From positions 2,808 to 66,807 of the forward strand of contig JBKDFX010000097.1 of assembly GCA_046336825.1 (NCBI GenBank): a stretch of DNA of 64,000 nt. Direction: 5' to 3'. Every line of letters begins with the position of its first letter. Within the stretch, counting starts at the first letter, position 1. The DNA is from Bdellovibrionales bacterium. GTDB lineage: Bacteria; Bdellovibrionota; Bdellovibrionia; Bdellovibrionales; Bdellovibrionaceae. Position numbers and translations under genes: made by a program. Below the pieces are notes generated by a model. The model searched no databases, was not told where the DNA came from, and saw only the letters and a program-made list of their open reading frames with translations. Shown piece after piece: positions 36,896 through 45,438 of this stretch.

Positions 36896-37879
36896 TTGTC
36901 TAAAGATTTCTATTCGGTTTTAGGAGTTGCGAAATCAGCAACGGCTGAAGAAATCAAAAAAGCTTATCGAAAGCTAGCCATGCAGTTGCATCCTGACAAA
37001 AACCCTGGAAACAAAAAGGCTGAGGATAAATTCAAAGAAGTGACCGAGGCCTATGAAGTGCTCAGCGATCCTCAAAAAAGAAAAAATTATGACTCTTTTG
37101 GCTCAGCCGATTTTTCTGGTTTTGGGGCTGGCGCCGCCGGTGCTGGTGGCTTTGAGGGTTTTCGACAGAGTGGAGGCTTTCAGGGCGGAGGCTTCAACCC
37201 CAATCAAGAAAACTTTCAAGATATTTTCGGAGATGTTTTTGGTGATCTATTTTCTGCTGGACGAGCTCGGCAGCGAAGGCCCGCCCGGGGCGCTGACCTC
37301 AGGTATTCACTCTCCATCACTTTAGAAGAATCCGCTTCGGGTTGCGAAAAGTTGATCACTTTTATTCGACAAAAGGGAACTCAAAATGAAACTGCCAAAT
37401 TGTCAGTTTCTGTTCCCGCAGGCGTTCGCGAAAACCAAAAATTGAAGCTCAATCAAGAGGGTGATGTTCCTCCCTCAGGCGGCACCCCAGGTGACCTTTA
37501 CGTTATTATCAACATTCAGCCTCATCCTTATTTTGTTCGGGATGAAAATGATATTCACATTGATTTACCTCTCAGCTTTACTGATGCCCTTTTGGGTGCT
37601 GAAGTTGAAATTCCAACCCTTACCGGAAAGTCTGTATTAAAGGTGCCTGCGGGCACCTCAAGTGGAAAAAGTTTTCGACTCAAGGGCAAGGGGATGCCTC
37701 GGATGGGGGGGCTTGGCGCTGGAGATCTTCTTGTGAAAGTCCAAATTGTGGTTCCACCTCGATTGACTGCTGAAGAAAAAGGCCTAGCAGAAAAGCTCTC
37801 GGAAAAAGTAGGCCAACCTGAGGCCATCGTCGAATTTAGGAATGGACTGCAAGAGTTTTTAAAGAATAGGAAGCTATGA
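36896..37879 (+). CDS. J-domain co-chaperone, DnaJ/CbpA family, lacking the Cys-rich zinc-finger domain
   Basis: The TTG start is 3 nt after the grpE stop, with SD AGAGGGG upstream. It has a J domain (DFYSVLGV ... HPDKNPG), a G/F-rich linker and DnaJ C-terminal domains, but no CxxCxGxG repeats. Confidence 0.88.
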   Translation: MSKDFYSVLGVAKSATAEEIKKAYRKLAMQLHPDKNPGNKKAEDKFKEVTEAYEVLSDPQKRKNYDSFGSADFSGFGAGAAGAGGFEGFRQSGGFQGGGFNPNQENFQDIFGDVFGDLFSAGRARQRRPARGADLRYSLSITLEESASGCEKLITFIRQKGTQNETAKLSVSVPAGVRENQKLKLNQEGDVPPSGGTPGDLYVIINIQPHPYFVRDENDIHIDLPLSFTDALLGAEVEIPTLTGKSVLKVPAGTSSGKSFRLKGKGMPRMGGLGAGDLLVKVQIVVPPRLTAEEKGLAEKLSEKVGQPEAIVEFRNGLQEFLKNRKL

Positions 37880-39450
37880 TCTATCTCATTTTATTTTCTG
37901 CATTAATTTTAAGTTCCTGTACCATCAGGCAGTCTCCGCAAAGGACTTCATCAACTCCAACGATAGTCACAGACTCGGCACCTCAGGCTCTCCCGCCTAA
38001 ACGACCCGTTAATCCGACGACACTTCAAGATACAACCCAACTTAACGCACCTGTTGCTCCCCCTGGCCCTGACTGGTCTGGGCAAAGTGTTGAGCAGCTG
38101 CGCCTGGCACTCCAAGACCCAAAAAATACAGACTCTCGTTCTGAAATTCTTTTTCGACTTGGTGAGCAAGAAATGGTTCGTCGCAACTCTGACCTTGCAA
38201 CAAATTATTTTAATCAAATTCTTACCACTGATGTCACTTCTGTTTGGGCTGCTCAAGCCAAAAGCAATTTGGATCTATTACGTTCTCTCTCGCGAGTTTC
38301 ACCCACAACCATTGGGGTTTTGCTTCCTTTGTCGGGCCGAGGCAGCGCTGTTGGCCAACGAGCCCTAAAGGCCATTCAGATGGGCCTTGGTCTGCACTAT
38401 GGCTCAAGCAATTTTCAGCTCGCCATCGTGGACACCCAGGGTAATCTCGATAAAGCGCGAAGAGGTGTGGAGCGCTTGGTCCGCGAAGATAATGTGGTTG
38501 CCATCGTTGGTGCCCTGTCGTCGCGAGAAGCCGAAAGTGCTGCTGCCAAAGCGGATGAGCTCGGAACACCTTTGATTACTCTTTCACAAAGAAGTGGAGT
38601 AACGGACTTAAGTCCCTACATTTATCGGAATGCACTCACTCCAGAAATGCAAATTCATCAACTCGTCAGAACGGCCATGAGTCAGTATGGTATGAAAAAA
38701 TTTGCTATTCTGTACCCCAATGATGCCTATGGTGTTGAGTCGGCAAATCAGTTTTGGGATGAGGTGCTTGTTCGCGGAGGCGAGATCACTGCGGCTCAAG
38801 TCTATGATCCTAGTACAACTGATTTCAAACATGCGGCCCAAAGACTTGTGGGGAGCTTTTACATTGAGGCTCGCCTTGATGAATACCGTGCTAAACAAAA
38901 AGAGTTCTCTCTCAAAAATAAAAAACGCTCTTCTCGAGAGAACTTAAGTCCCGACGATATTCTTACTCCCATCATTAATTTTGACGCGATATTTATTCCT
39001 GACAGTGCAAAAAATATGGGCCAAATATCTGCCTTTCTTAGCTACGTCGGCGTCAAAGATGTACATTTACTCGGGACAAATCTTTGGAACACTCCAGGAC
39101 TCGCTCGACGTGCGGGGCAATTTCAAAATGCTCTCCTATTCGTTGACGGTTTTGTGCAAAATTCAAGCTCTGCAAAAAACTCTCGCTTCGTCGCAGAATT
39201 TCAGTCACTGTTCAAAGACTATCCAAGCATGATGGAAATTCAGGCCTTTGAAAGTGCCCTTATACTACGTGGTCTGGTGCTGTCGGGTGCTAGTGCCCGT
39301 CAAGAAGTTCGAGATGAATTATTGAAATTGCAAAATTTTCCTGGTGCGGTTTCCCCTTTAACAATGTCCCAAGACAGAGAAGTTTTACGACCTCTGTTTT
39401 CCTTAACTCTCCGAAAAGGAGAAGTTATACCTCTCGACATTTCTGAATAA
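37876..39450 (+). CDS. lipoprotein with a type-1 periplasmic-binding fold (LivK / LppC-LpoA-like)
   Basis: 524 aa with lipobox LILSSC and a Pro-rich linker. [16 protein letters not shown] ... [10 protein letters not shown] ... LITLS is typical of Leu/Ile/Val-binding-protein-like and LpoA C-terminal domains. The start overlaps the J-protein stop (ATGA). Confidence 0.75.
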   Translation: MIYLILFSALILSSCTIRQSPQRTSSTPTIVTDSAPQALPPKRPVNPTTLQDTTQLNAPVAPPGPDWSGQSVEQLRLALQDPKNTDSRSEILFRLGEQEMVRRNSDLATNYFNQILTTDVTSVWAAQAKSNLDLLRSLSRVSPTTIGVLLPLSGRGSAVGQRALKAIQMGLGLHYGSSNFQLAIVDTQGNLDKARRGVERLVREDNVVAIVGALSSREAESAAAKADELGTPLITLSQRSGVTDLSPYIYRNALTPEMQIHQLVRTAMSQYGMKKFAILYPNDAYGVESANQFWDEVLVRGGEITAAQVYDPSTTDFKHAAQRLVGSFYIEARLDEYRAKQKEFSLKNKKRSSRENLSPDDILTPIINFDAIFIPDSAKNMGQISAFLSYVGVKDVHLLGTNLWNTPGLARRAGQFQNALLFVDGFVQNSSSAKNSRFVAEFQSLFKDYPSMMEIQAFESALILRGLVLSGASARQEVRDELLKLQNFPGAVSPLTMSQDREVLRPLFSLTLRKGEVIPLDISE

Positions 39451-39516
39451 CCCGCTAACCCACGACCTACATGACTTTCGTCATAGGCTCCAAAGACATT
39501 GCATAACGCAGTGTTG

Positions 39517-39906
39517 ATGGAGGGAGGCCCTGTGGCTAACGAGAGAATAAGAAGTGAAGTCATTTCTGAGTTAAGAAAAAAGTTAATTTTAAAAAGAGCT
39601 GATTTAATTAATCGACTGCGAAACCAACACGAAGAAATCACCACTGGCTTTGAGCTTCGCGGTGATGAAATCGATCAAGTGGTGGCTGTTCAAAGTGAAA
39701 ACACAGCTCTCACATTTCAAAATAGAATTCGAATAGAATTACAAGAAATTGAATCTGCGCTTTCAAGGATGGAAATGGGAACATTTGGAATCTGCGAAGA
39801 AACTGAAGAGCTCATCGAAATTGAAAGACTCATGGCGTTGCCTTGGACACGACTCAGCATAGAGGGTGCAGAGATTCGAGAGGCACTGCGAAAGAGATTT
39901 GCCTAA
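39517..39906 (+). CDS. DksA/TraR-family protein lacking the C4 zinc finger
   Basis: It has DksA-like coiled-coil and C-terminal regions (GDEIDQVVAVQSEN ... ELQEIESALSRMEMGTFGICEETEELIEIERLMALPWTRLSIEG), but only one of the four Zn-finger cysteines is retained. The start is ambiguous: TTG 39499, ATG 39517, or GTG 39532 with SD GGGAGG. Confidence 0.7.
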   Translation: MEGGPVANERIRSEVISELRKKLILKRADLINRLRNQHEEITTGFELRGDEIDQVVAVQSENTALTFQNRIRIELQEIESALSRMEMGTFGICEETEELIEIERLMALPWTRLSIEGAEIREALRKRFA

Positions 39907-40004
39907 CCTTAGAGCAAGAGAACTTTTTTTAGTGACATCAATCTCTGTGTTCGTAATATGCGCCAATGTTGGATTTTCGGTGAAATCATCCAGAGGGGGA
40001 ATTG

Positions 40005-40361
40005 ATGAAATCATCCGAACTTAAAGCGATTCGTGAATCGCTAGTTGCACAAAAAAGTTCGATTCTTAATCGACAAAAAGAACTAAAAGCAGAAACACTT
40101 CTGACTTCACAGATTTCTGATGAGTCTGAACAGATGGTTCTTGAGCAGTCTCAAAACCTTAGTCTGCATCTCAGAGAAAAGGAACGTCAGGTCCTGCTTC
40201 AAATCGAGAGAGCTCTTGGTAAAATTACTGACGGGACCTATGGCCAATGCGAATCCTGTGAGGACATGATTGGACTCAAGCGTTTGCAAGCAAGACCTTT
40301 CACGAACCTCTGCGTATCCTGCATGGAAGAACAAGAAAGCCAATCACCCCTGTTTCAATAG
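40005..40361 (+). CDS. DksA/TraR-family C4-type zinc-finger protein
   Basis: SD GAGGGGG lies 5 nt upstream of the ATG at 40005. The C-terminal GTYGQCESCEDMIGLKRLQARPFTNLCVSCMEE carries CxxC-N17-CxxC. Confidence 0.8.
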   Translation: MKSSELKAIRESLVAQKSSILNRQKELKAETLLTSQISDESEQMVLEQSQNLSLHLREKERQVLLQIERALGKITDGTYGQCESCEDMIGLKRLQARPFTNLCVSCMEEQESQSPLFQ

Positions 40362-40543
40362 AAATTCAGTGTCCTCAAATTCTTTGACAGTGTTTTGACA
40401 TAGATTTCTGTCGAGTCTCTGTTGTGATGATTTCTCAATAAAATCCGGACCTCAAATCGCATAATTTATTTAAAGCCCGATTTGTGCCTCACCGATGCGT
40501 TAACCAGAGTTAATTGCAAGCTGGTTCAAGCTGGAGGCACCCT

Positions 40544-42943
40544 ATGAGTTTTGATGACAAGGTAAATGAAATCCCACAAACACTACCCCTGTTACCAGTA
40601 CGTGACATTGTGGTATTTCCCTACATGATCATACCGTTGTTCGTTGGCCGCGAGAGTTCAATACGAGCTGTCGAAGAGGCTTTGGCAAAAAATCGCCTTA
40701 TCTTTTTGTCATCTCAAAAAGACTTTGGAGAAGAAAACCCAACTCCTGAGTCGATTTACTCGGTTGGTACTGTGGCTATGATCATGCGAATGAAAAGACT
40801 CTCTGATGGACGAGTTAAAGTTCTCATTCAAGGTGTTTCAAAAGCTAAAGTCACTAGTTACTCTAAAACAAATCCTTATTTTGAAGTGGCCATCGATAAG
40901 CTTGAAGATGCACAAACCACAACCCCTGCAACAGAAGTAGAGGCACTAATCCGCACAACTAAAGATTCAATAGAAAAAATTATTGCTAACGGTAAACCAC
41001 TCTCACCTGATATCCTGTTAGTTCTCGATGACATCACTGATTGTGGGCGCATTGCAGATCTGATTGCTTCTAATATTGGTGTGAAGACCACTGAAGCACA
41101 AAGGATTTTGGAAATTTTAGATCCTCGTGAACGTCTCAAGGCTGTGAATGAGATACTTCTTGTTGAGATTGAAAATTTACAATCTCAAAATAAAAATAAA
41201 ACCCAAAAAGATGATCTATCAAAATCTCAGCGTGAGTACTTTTTGCGCGAGCAAATGAAGCAAATCAAAAGCGAACTCGGAGAGGGTGACTCGAAGTCAG
41301 AAGAAATGGAAGAATTACGAAATAAAATATCAAATGTAGGAATGCCACCAAATGTTGAAACTGAAGCTTTGAAGCAGTTGGCTCGCCTTGAGCGAATGCA
41401 TCCCGATGCTTCAGAAGCCACGATGGTAAGAACTTATTTAGATTGGATGGTTGATCTGCCTTGGAGTAAACAATCTGAAGACATTATTGATCTCAAAAAG
41501 TCTAAAGATATTTTAGACGATGATCATTATGAACTTCAAAAAGCCAAAGATCGAATCTTAGAATTTCTTGCCGTGAGAAAATTGAAATCAAATATGAAAG
41601 GTCCAATCCTTTGTTTTGCAGGACCTCCGGGAGTGGGTAAAACTTCGCTTGGAAAATCCATTGCTAAAGCCATGGGGCGTGAATATTTTAGAATTGCTCT
41701 AGGTGGAGTCAAAGACGAAGCAGAGATTCGCGGTCACAGAAGAACTTACGTCGGCGCCATGCCGGGCAAAATAATTCAAGCCATGCGACAAGTTAAGACA
41801 AGAAATCCTGTTATCGTTCTTGATGAAATTGATAAATTAGGTTCAGACTTTAGAGGCGATCCTTCAGCTGCGATGCTGGAAGTGTTAGATCCAGAACAAA
41901 ATTCAACCTTCCGAGATAACTACTTGAATGTTGATTTTGATCTTAGCAATTGTTTGTTCATTGCAACGGCCAATGTTGTGGAGAACATTCCACCAGCTCT
42001 TCGTGATCGTATGGAACTACTCCATATTCCTGGCTACACAGAGTCTGATAAACTTTATATCACGAAAAAACATTTGATCCCGCGACAACTTGAAAACAAC
42101 GGGATAACAACAAAAAATGCGAACTTTACTGATGAAGGAATCCGAGCGGTCATTTCGGGTTACACTCGAGAGGCCGGGCTACGAAATCTCGAAAGAGAAA
42201 TCGGTTCTGTTTGTCGTAAAATTGCTAAAATGGTTGTGCTTGGCGAACAAGAGTTCACTGAAGTGACTGGTCAGAATGTTCCTGAATTATTAGGCCCACC
42301 TAGATATTTGCGTGAAGACAAGCTACTCGATTCACAAGTCGGAATTGTGCAAGGTTTAGCTTGGACTCAAGCTGGTGGAGAAGTTCTCGTCGTTGAGGCT
42401 TTAAAGATGAAAGGCAAAGGTCATCTAGCGCTCACAGGTCAGCTCGGCGATGTCATGAAGGAATCTGCCCATGCGGCCATGTCTTATGCAAAGGCCCATA
42501 TGGAAGAACTTGGAATTTCTGAGGACTTTTTTGAGAAGTTTGATATCCACGTTCACTTACCAGCAGGTGCCATCCCAAAAGATGGTCCGTCGGCAGGTAT
42601 AACATTAACTACAGCACTTGTAAGTTTGATGACCGACACTCCAGTTCGTCATGATGTGGCGATGACGGGTGAAGTAACACTTCAAGGCCGAGTGCTTCCT
42701 GTGGGTGGAATCCGCGAGAAGTGCTTAGCAGCACTTAATCAAGGAATTACAAACGTCATTATTCCTATGGCCAACCAGAAGGATCTTGCCGACATTCCAA
42801 AGGTTTTCAAAGATAAGATGAATTTCATCTTGGCTGAAAACCTAGATGAGGTGTTTGCAGTGATTTTTGAAAAGGGCAAGGGCAACTTAAAAAAGCCTGT
42901 GAACAAGAACCCTTCAAAAAAGAACAAAGCTTTAGCTGCCTAA
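40544..42943 (+). CDS. lon: ATP-dependent Lon protease (LonA)
   Basis: The ATG at 40544 has SD GGAGG 6 nt upstream. LON N-domain (LPLLPVRDIVVFPYM), Walker A GPPGVGKTS, Walker B VIVLDEIDK and catalytic Ser context PKDGPSAGIT. Confidence 0.95.
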   Translation: MSFDDKVNEIPQTLPLLPVRDIVVFPYMIIPLFVGRESSIRAVEEALAKNRLIFLSSQKDFGEENPTPESIYSVGTVAMIMRMKRLSDGRVKVLIQGVSKAKVTSYSKTNPYFEVAIDKLEDAQTTTPATEVEALIRTTKDSIEKIIANGKPLSPDILLVLDDITDCGRIADLIASNIGVKTTEAQRILEILDPRERLKAVNEILLVEIENLQSQNKNKTQKDDLSKSQREYFLREQMKQIKSELGEGDSKSEEMEELRNKISNVGMPPNVETEALKQLARLERMHPDASEATMVRTYLDWMVDLPWSKQSEDIIDLKKSKDILDDDHYELQKAKDRILEFLAVRKLKSNMKGPILCFAGPPGVGKTSLGKSIAKAMGREYFRIALGGVKDEAEIRGHRRTYVGAMPGKIIQAMRQVKTRNPVIVLDEIDKLGSDFRGDPSAAMLEVLDPEQNSTFRDNYLNVDFDLSNCLFIATANVVENIPPALRDRMELLHIPGYTESDKLYITKKHLIPRQLENNGITTKNANFTDEGIRAVISGYTREAGLRNLEREIGSVCRKIAKMVVLGEQEFTEVTGQNVPELLGPPRYLREDKLLDSQVGIVQGLAWTQAGGEVLVVEALKMKGKGHLALTGQLGDVMKESAHAAMSYAKAHMEELGISEDFFEKFDIHVHLPAGAIPKDGPSAGITLTTALVSLMTDTPVRHDVAMTGEVTLQGRVLPVGGIREKCLAALNQGITNVIIPMANQKDLADIPKVFKDKMNFILAENLDEVFAVIFEKGKGNLKKPVNKNPSKKNKALAA

Positions 42944-42982
42944 AACATAACAATAATTAGTTTACTTCCTGCGAAGAAGATT

Positions 42983-43016
42983 GAGCCCCAACCTTAAAAA
43001 GTTGGGGCTTTTTTTC
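42983..43016 (+). terminator. intrinsic terminator downstream of lon
   Basis: GAGCCCCAAC-CTTAAAAA-GTTGGGGCT followed by TTTTTTT. Confidence 0.85.
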
Positions 43017-43089
43017 TCATTTATTTGGCTTTATCTAATTAAATTTGCCCCCCGTTAGAGCCTGTGGCTTTATTAAGCCTGGAGGCTTT

Positions 43090-43857
43090 ATGAATAAACT
43101 TGAGAACAAAGTGGCTGTGATTACGGGAGGATCTGGCGGAATTGGCTTTGCAACTGCAAAACTTTTTCTTGCAGAGGGGGCTCGAGTGCTTCTTGTTGAT
43201 CGAGATGAAAAAACTCTTACTCAGGTCTGTCATAGTTTAGGCTCTCAGTCTGCTAAGTATTGTGTGGCTGATGTTTCAAAAACTTCAGATGTTAAAAACT
43301 ATGTAGCAGCTGCAATTCAACACTTCGGGGCCATCGATATTTTATTTGATAATGCTGGAATTGAGGGACATGCCTCTACCCTCGTAGATATGTCAGAAGA
43401 GGATTTCGATAGAGTTCTTAGCGTGAATATTAAGGGTGCCTGGCTAGGTCTAAAATATTGCGCACCAGAAATGATGAAACGCGGTGGTGGTAGTATTATG
43501 ATCACTTCCTCTGTGGCGGGCCTGCGGGGCTCGCCCAACTTGGGTCATTACGTAACAAGTAAACATGCTGTTATTGGACTTATGCGTTCAGCCGCCATTG
43601 AACTCGGACCAAAAAAAATTCGAGTTAATACAATCAACCCTGGACCCATTAACAATCGAATGATGCGGTCCATAGAGGAACAATTTGCACCCGGTGCGGG
43701 AGCCCAAGTAAAGGCTGGTTTTGAACTAAAAATTCCGCTCGGTCGATACGGCGAAAACGAAGAAGTGGCAAAATTGGCCTTATTTCTATCCTCATCGGAT
43801 AGTGAATATTTAACTGGTGGCACCTACGTTGTGGATGGCGGATATACTGCCGGGTAA
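43090..43857 (+). CDS. short-chain dehydrogenase/reductase (SDR) family oxidoreductase
   Basis: The ATG at 43090 has SD GGAGG upstream. Motifs: TGGSGGIG (TGxxxGxG), NAG and YVTSK (YxxxK). The ORF-track start at 43045 is an upstream extension. Confidence 0.88.
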   Translation: MNKLENKVAVITGGSGGIGFATAKLFLAEGARVLLVDRDEKTLTQVCHSLGSQSAKYCVADVSKTSDVKNYVAAAIQHFGAIDILFDNAGIEGHASTLVDMSEEDFDRVLSVNIKGAWLGLKYCAPEMMKRGGGSIMITSSVAGLRGSPNLGHYVTSKHAVIGLMRSAAIELGPKKIRVNTINPGPINNRMMRSIEEQFAPGAGAQVKAGFELKIPLGRYGENEEVAKLALFLSSSDSEYLTGGTYVVDGGYTAG

Positions 43858-43945
43858 TTCCGTCAAATATCTTTACAGCCCTGTTTATTTTTTAAAATTA
43901 GCTGCTGCGCGAGCTTAAGCGTAAGTCATTTGTTAATTTAAACCC

Positions 43946-44812
43946 GTGAATTACTTATTAGCAGCTCTTTTGTTATTTTCATTACCTGTATTTTCAATGT
44001 CGGGCGGTTATTCACTCACGTCAAATTCGCCAGCTTCGCAATCTGTTTTGGGAATATATATTTACGATAAAACGACAAAAAAAGGCGGCCTGTGCACTGG
44101 TACAATTGTAGGTCACCAAACTGTTATCACTGCAGCTCACTGCTTTGAATATATTAATTCTAAGAGTGTTGATATTGTTTTAGCTTTTGGAAATCAGCCT
44201 TATCTCGTGCTCGATCAATCCACGACCGAAAGAAATCCAGAGCACTTTCGCAGGACAACTCATTTTTTAGTTAATCCTAAATACAAACCCAAATCCCCCT
44301 TGTTAGAGAAACTTGCCAGCGATGTCGCCCTGGTATTTCTAAATCCAAATGAATCTTTTCCTCGGGGCTACACAAGTCTGCCTGTGGTTCATGCTTACAC
44401 ACTCAATGAACAGCCAGCAAAAGCGATCGTAAATGGCGTAGGAAGGGATCGTTCTGACGACACAGCCATTGACTCCTCACGCCTGATCTTCAAAACCGAT
44501 GTTTTTAGCCTCGTCCGCGATGTCAATCAGCTGCTGCATGAACTCAAGATTGATAATCCTAAACTGGTCAGTGACAATGCTTTAAGTTCTTTTGGATCAC
44601 CCGTGGCTCCCTTTTTTTTAGTTCGTTCTGAAACTGCAGCTTTACAAAAGGGTGATTCTGGAAGCGCTCTCATCCAAAATTACTTCGGGACTTATCGAGT
44701 TTTTGGAATTCATAAGGGTGGTTTTATTTTGGGCGGTCGCGATATGGGTTCAGCCTTTACTAACTTACATCAACCACAACTCAATCGATGGGTTCATAAT
44801 AATATTCGTTAG
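43946..44812 (+). CDS. secreted trypsin-like serine protease (peptidase S1)
   Basis: 288 aa with a GTG start and a signal peptide (LLAALLLFSLPVFS). His context TAAHC, Asp context SDVALVFL and Ser context KGDSGSAL. Confidence 0.8.
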   Translation: MNYLLAALLLFSLPVFSMSGGYSLTSNSPASQSVLGIYIYDKTTKKGGLCTGTIVGHQTVITAAHCFEYINSKSVDIVLAFGNQPYLVLDQSTTERNPEHFRRTTHFLVNPKYKPKSPLLEKLASDVALVFLNPNESFPRGYTSLPVVHAYTLNEQPAKAIVNGVGRDRSDDTAIDSSRLIFKTDVFSLVRDVNQLLHELKIDNPKLVSDNALSSFGSPVAPFFLVRSETAALQKGDSGSALIQNYFGTYRVFGIHKGGFILGGRDMGSAFTNLHQPQLNRWVHNNIR

Positions 44813-44830
44813 TTTTAAGTCTGTTGGTTC

Positions 44831-45274
44831 TTAATTAGAAATATTCGATCTGGGCGTTACGAATCTAGATTTAAGACTGTCATTTTCACTTTCAAGAACG
44901 CGAACCAATGTTTTTAAGTCTGTTACTTCTTCCCGTAGGTGAAGAATTTGCTCTTCTTTTTCTTGTAGAATTTGTGTGTAGGCTTTTTTTAGTTCAACTA
45001 GGAGTTTGTTCGCAGCTGTCAAAATTGGTCCATCAAGGTGGGCTGGCGCAACCACAGAAGACGGTTGTGCTTGCTCCTGTTTCATCCCACCTACATCAAC
45101 ATTTGGGGAGGGGCGATGTTGTAGGTGGGTCGTTACGGGTTCATCTAGGAGCAAGTACTTTCCATCTTCAAAAGAAAACTTGATCTCGTTGGTTTTGATT
45201 TTACGCCTTAACGTGCTTACGCTCACCTTGTGCTTAATTGAGTACTCAGTGATTGGAAGCCATTGTTCAGTCAT
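44831..45274 (-). CDS. putative DNA-binding protein (N-terminal HTH, C-terminal coiled coil)
   Basis: 147 aa. WLPITEYSIKHKVSVSTLRRKIKTNEI resembles excisionase/MerR-type HTHs. The C-terminal heptad-like region is LLVELKKAYTQILQEKEEQILHLREEVTDLKTLVRVLESEN. Confidence 0.55.
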   Translation of the reverse strand: MTEQWLPITEYSIKHKVSVSTLRRKIKTNEIKFSFEDGKYLLLDEPVTTHLQHRPSPNVDVGGMKQEQAQPSSVVAPAHLDGPILTAANKLLVELKKAYTQILQEKEEQILHLREEVTDLKTLVRVLESENDSLKSRFVTPRSNISN

Positions 45275-45438
45275 AAAACCAACAACCTTTCTGCCTATTC
45301 AACGTAACATGCACGGGTTTTGTGTCAACTGGGTGGTGAGTATCTAGTCCAAAGTCTTCGTTTTTAATATTTGATCGAGCCCTAAGTCCTGAATAGTCTT
45401 CTTTTCAAAGCTCTTTTCCTATGTTCAACTGAGTAACC

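Noticed and set aside
40383-40423. Tandem TTGACA hexamers upstream of lon as sigma-70 promoters.
   Set aside because: No acceptable -10 hexamer lies 16-19 bp downstream of either copy, so I cannot support a promoter call. The repeat is mentioned only within the lon-leader finding.
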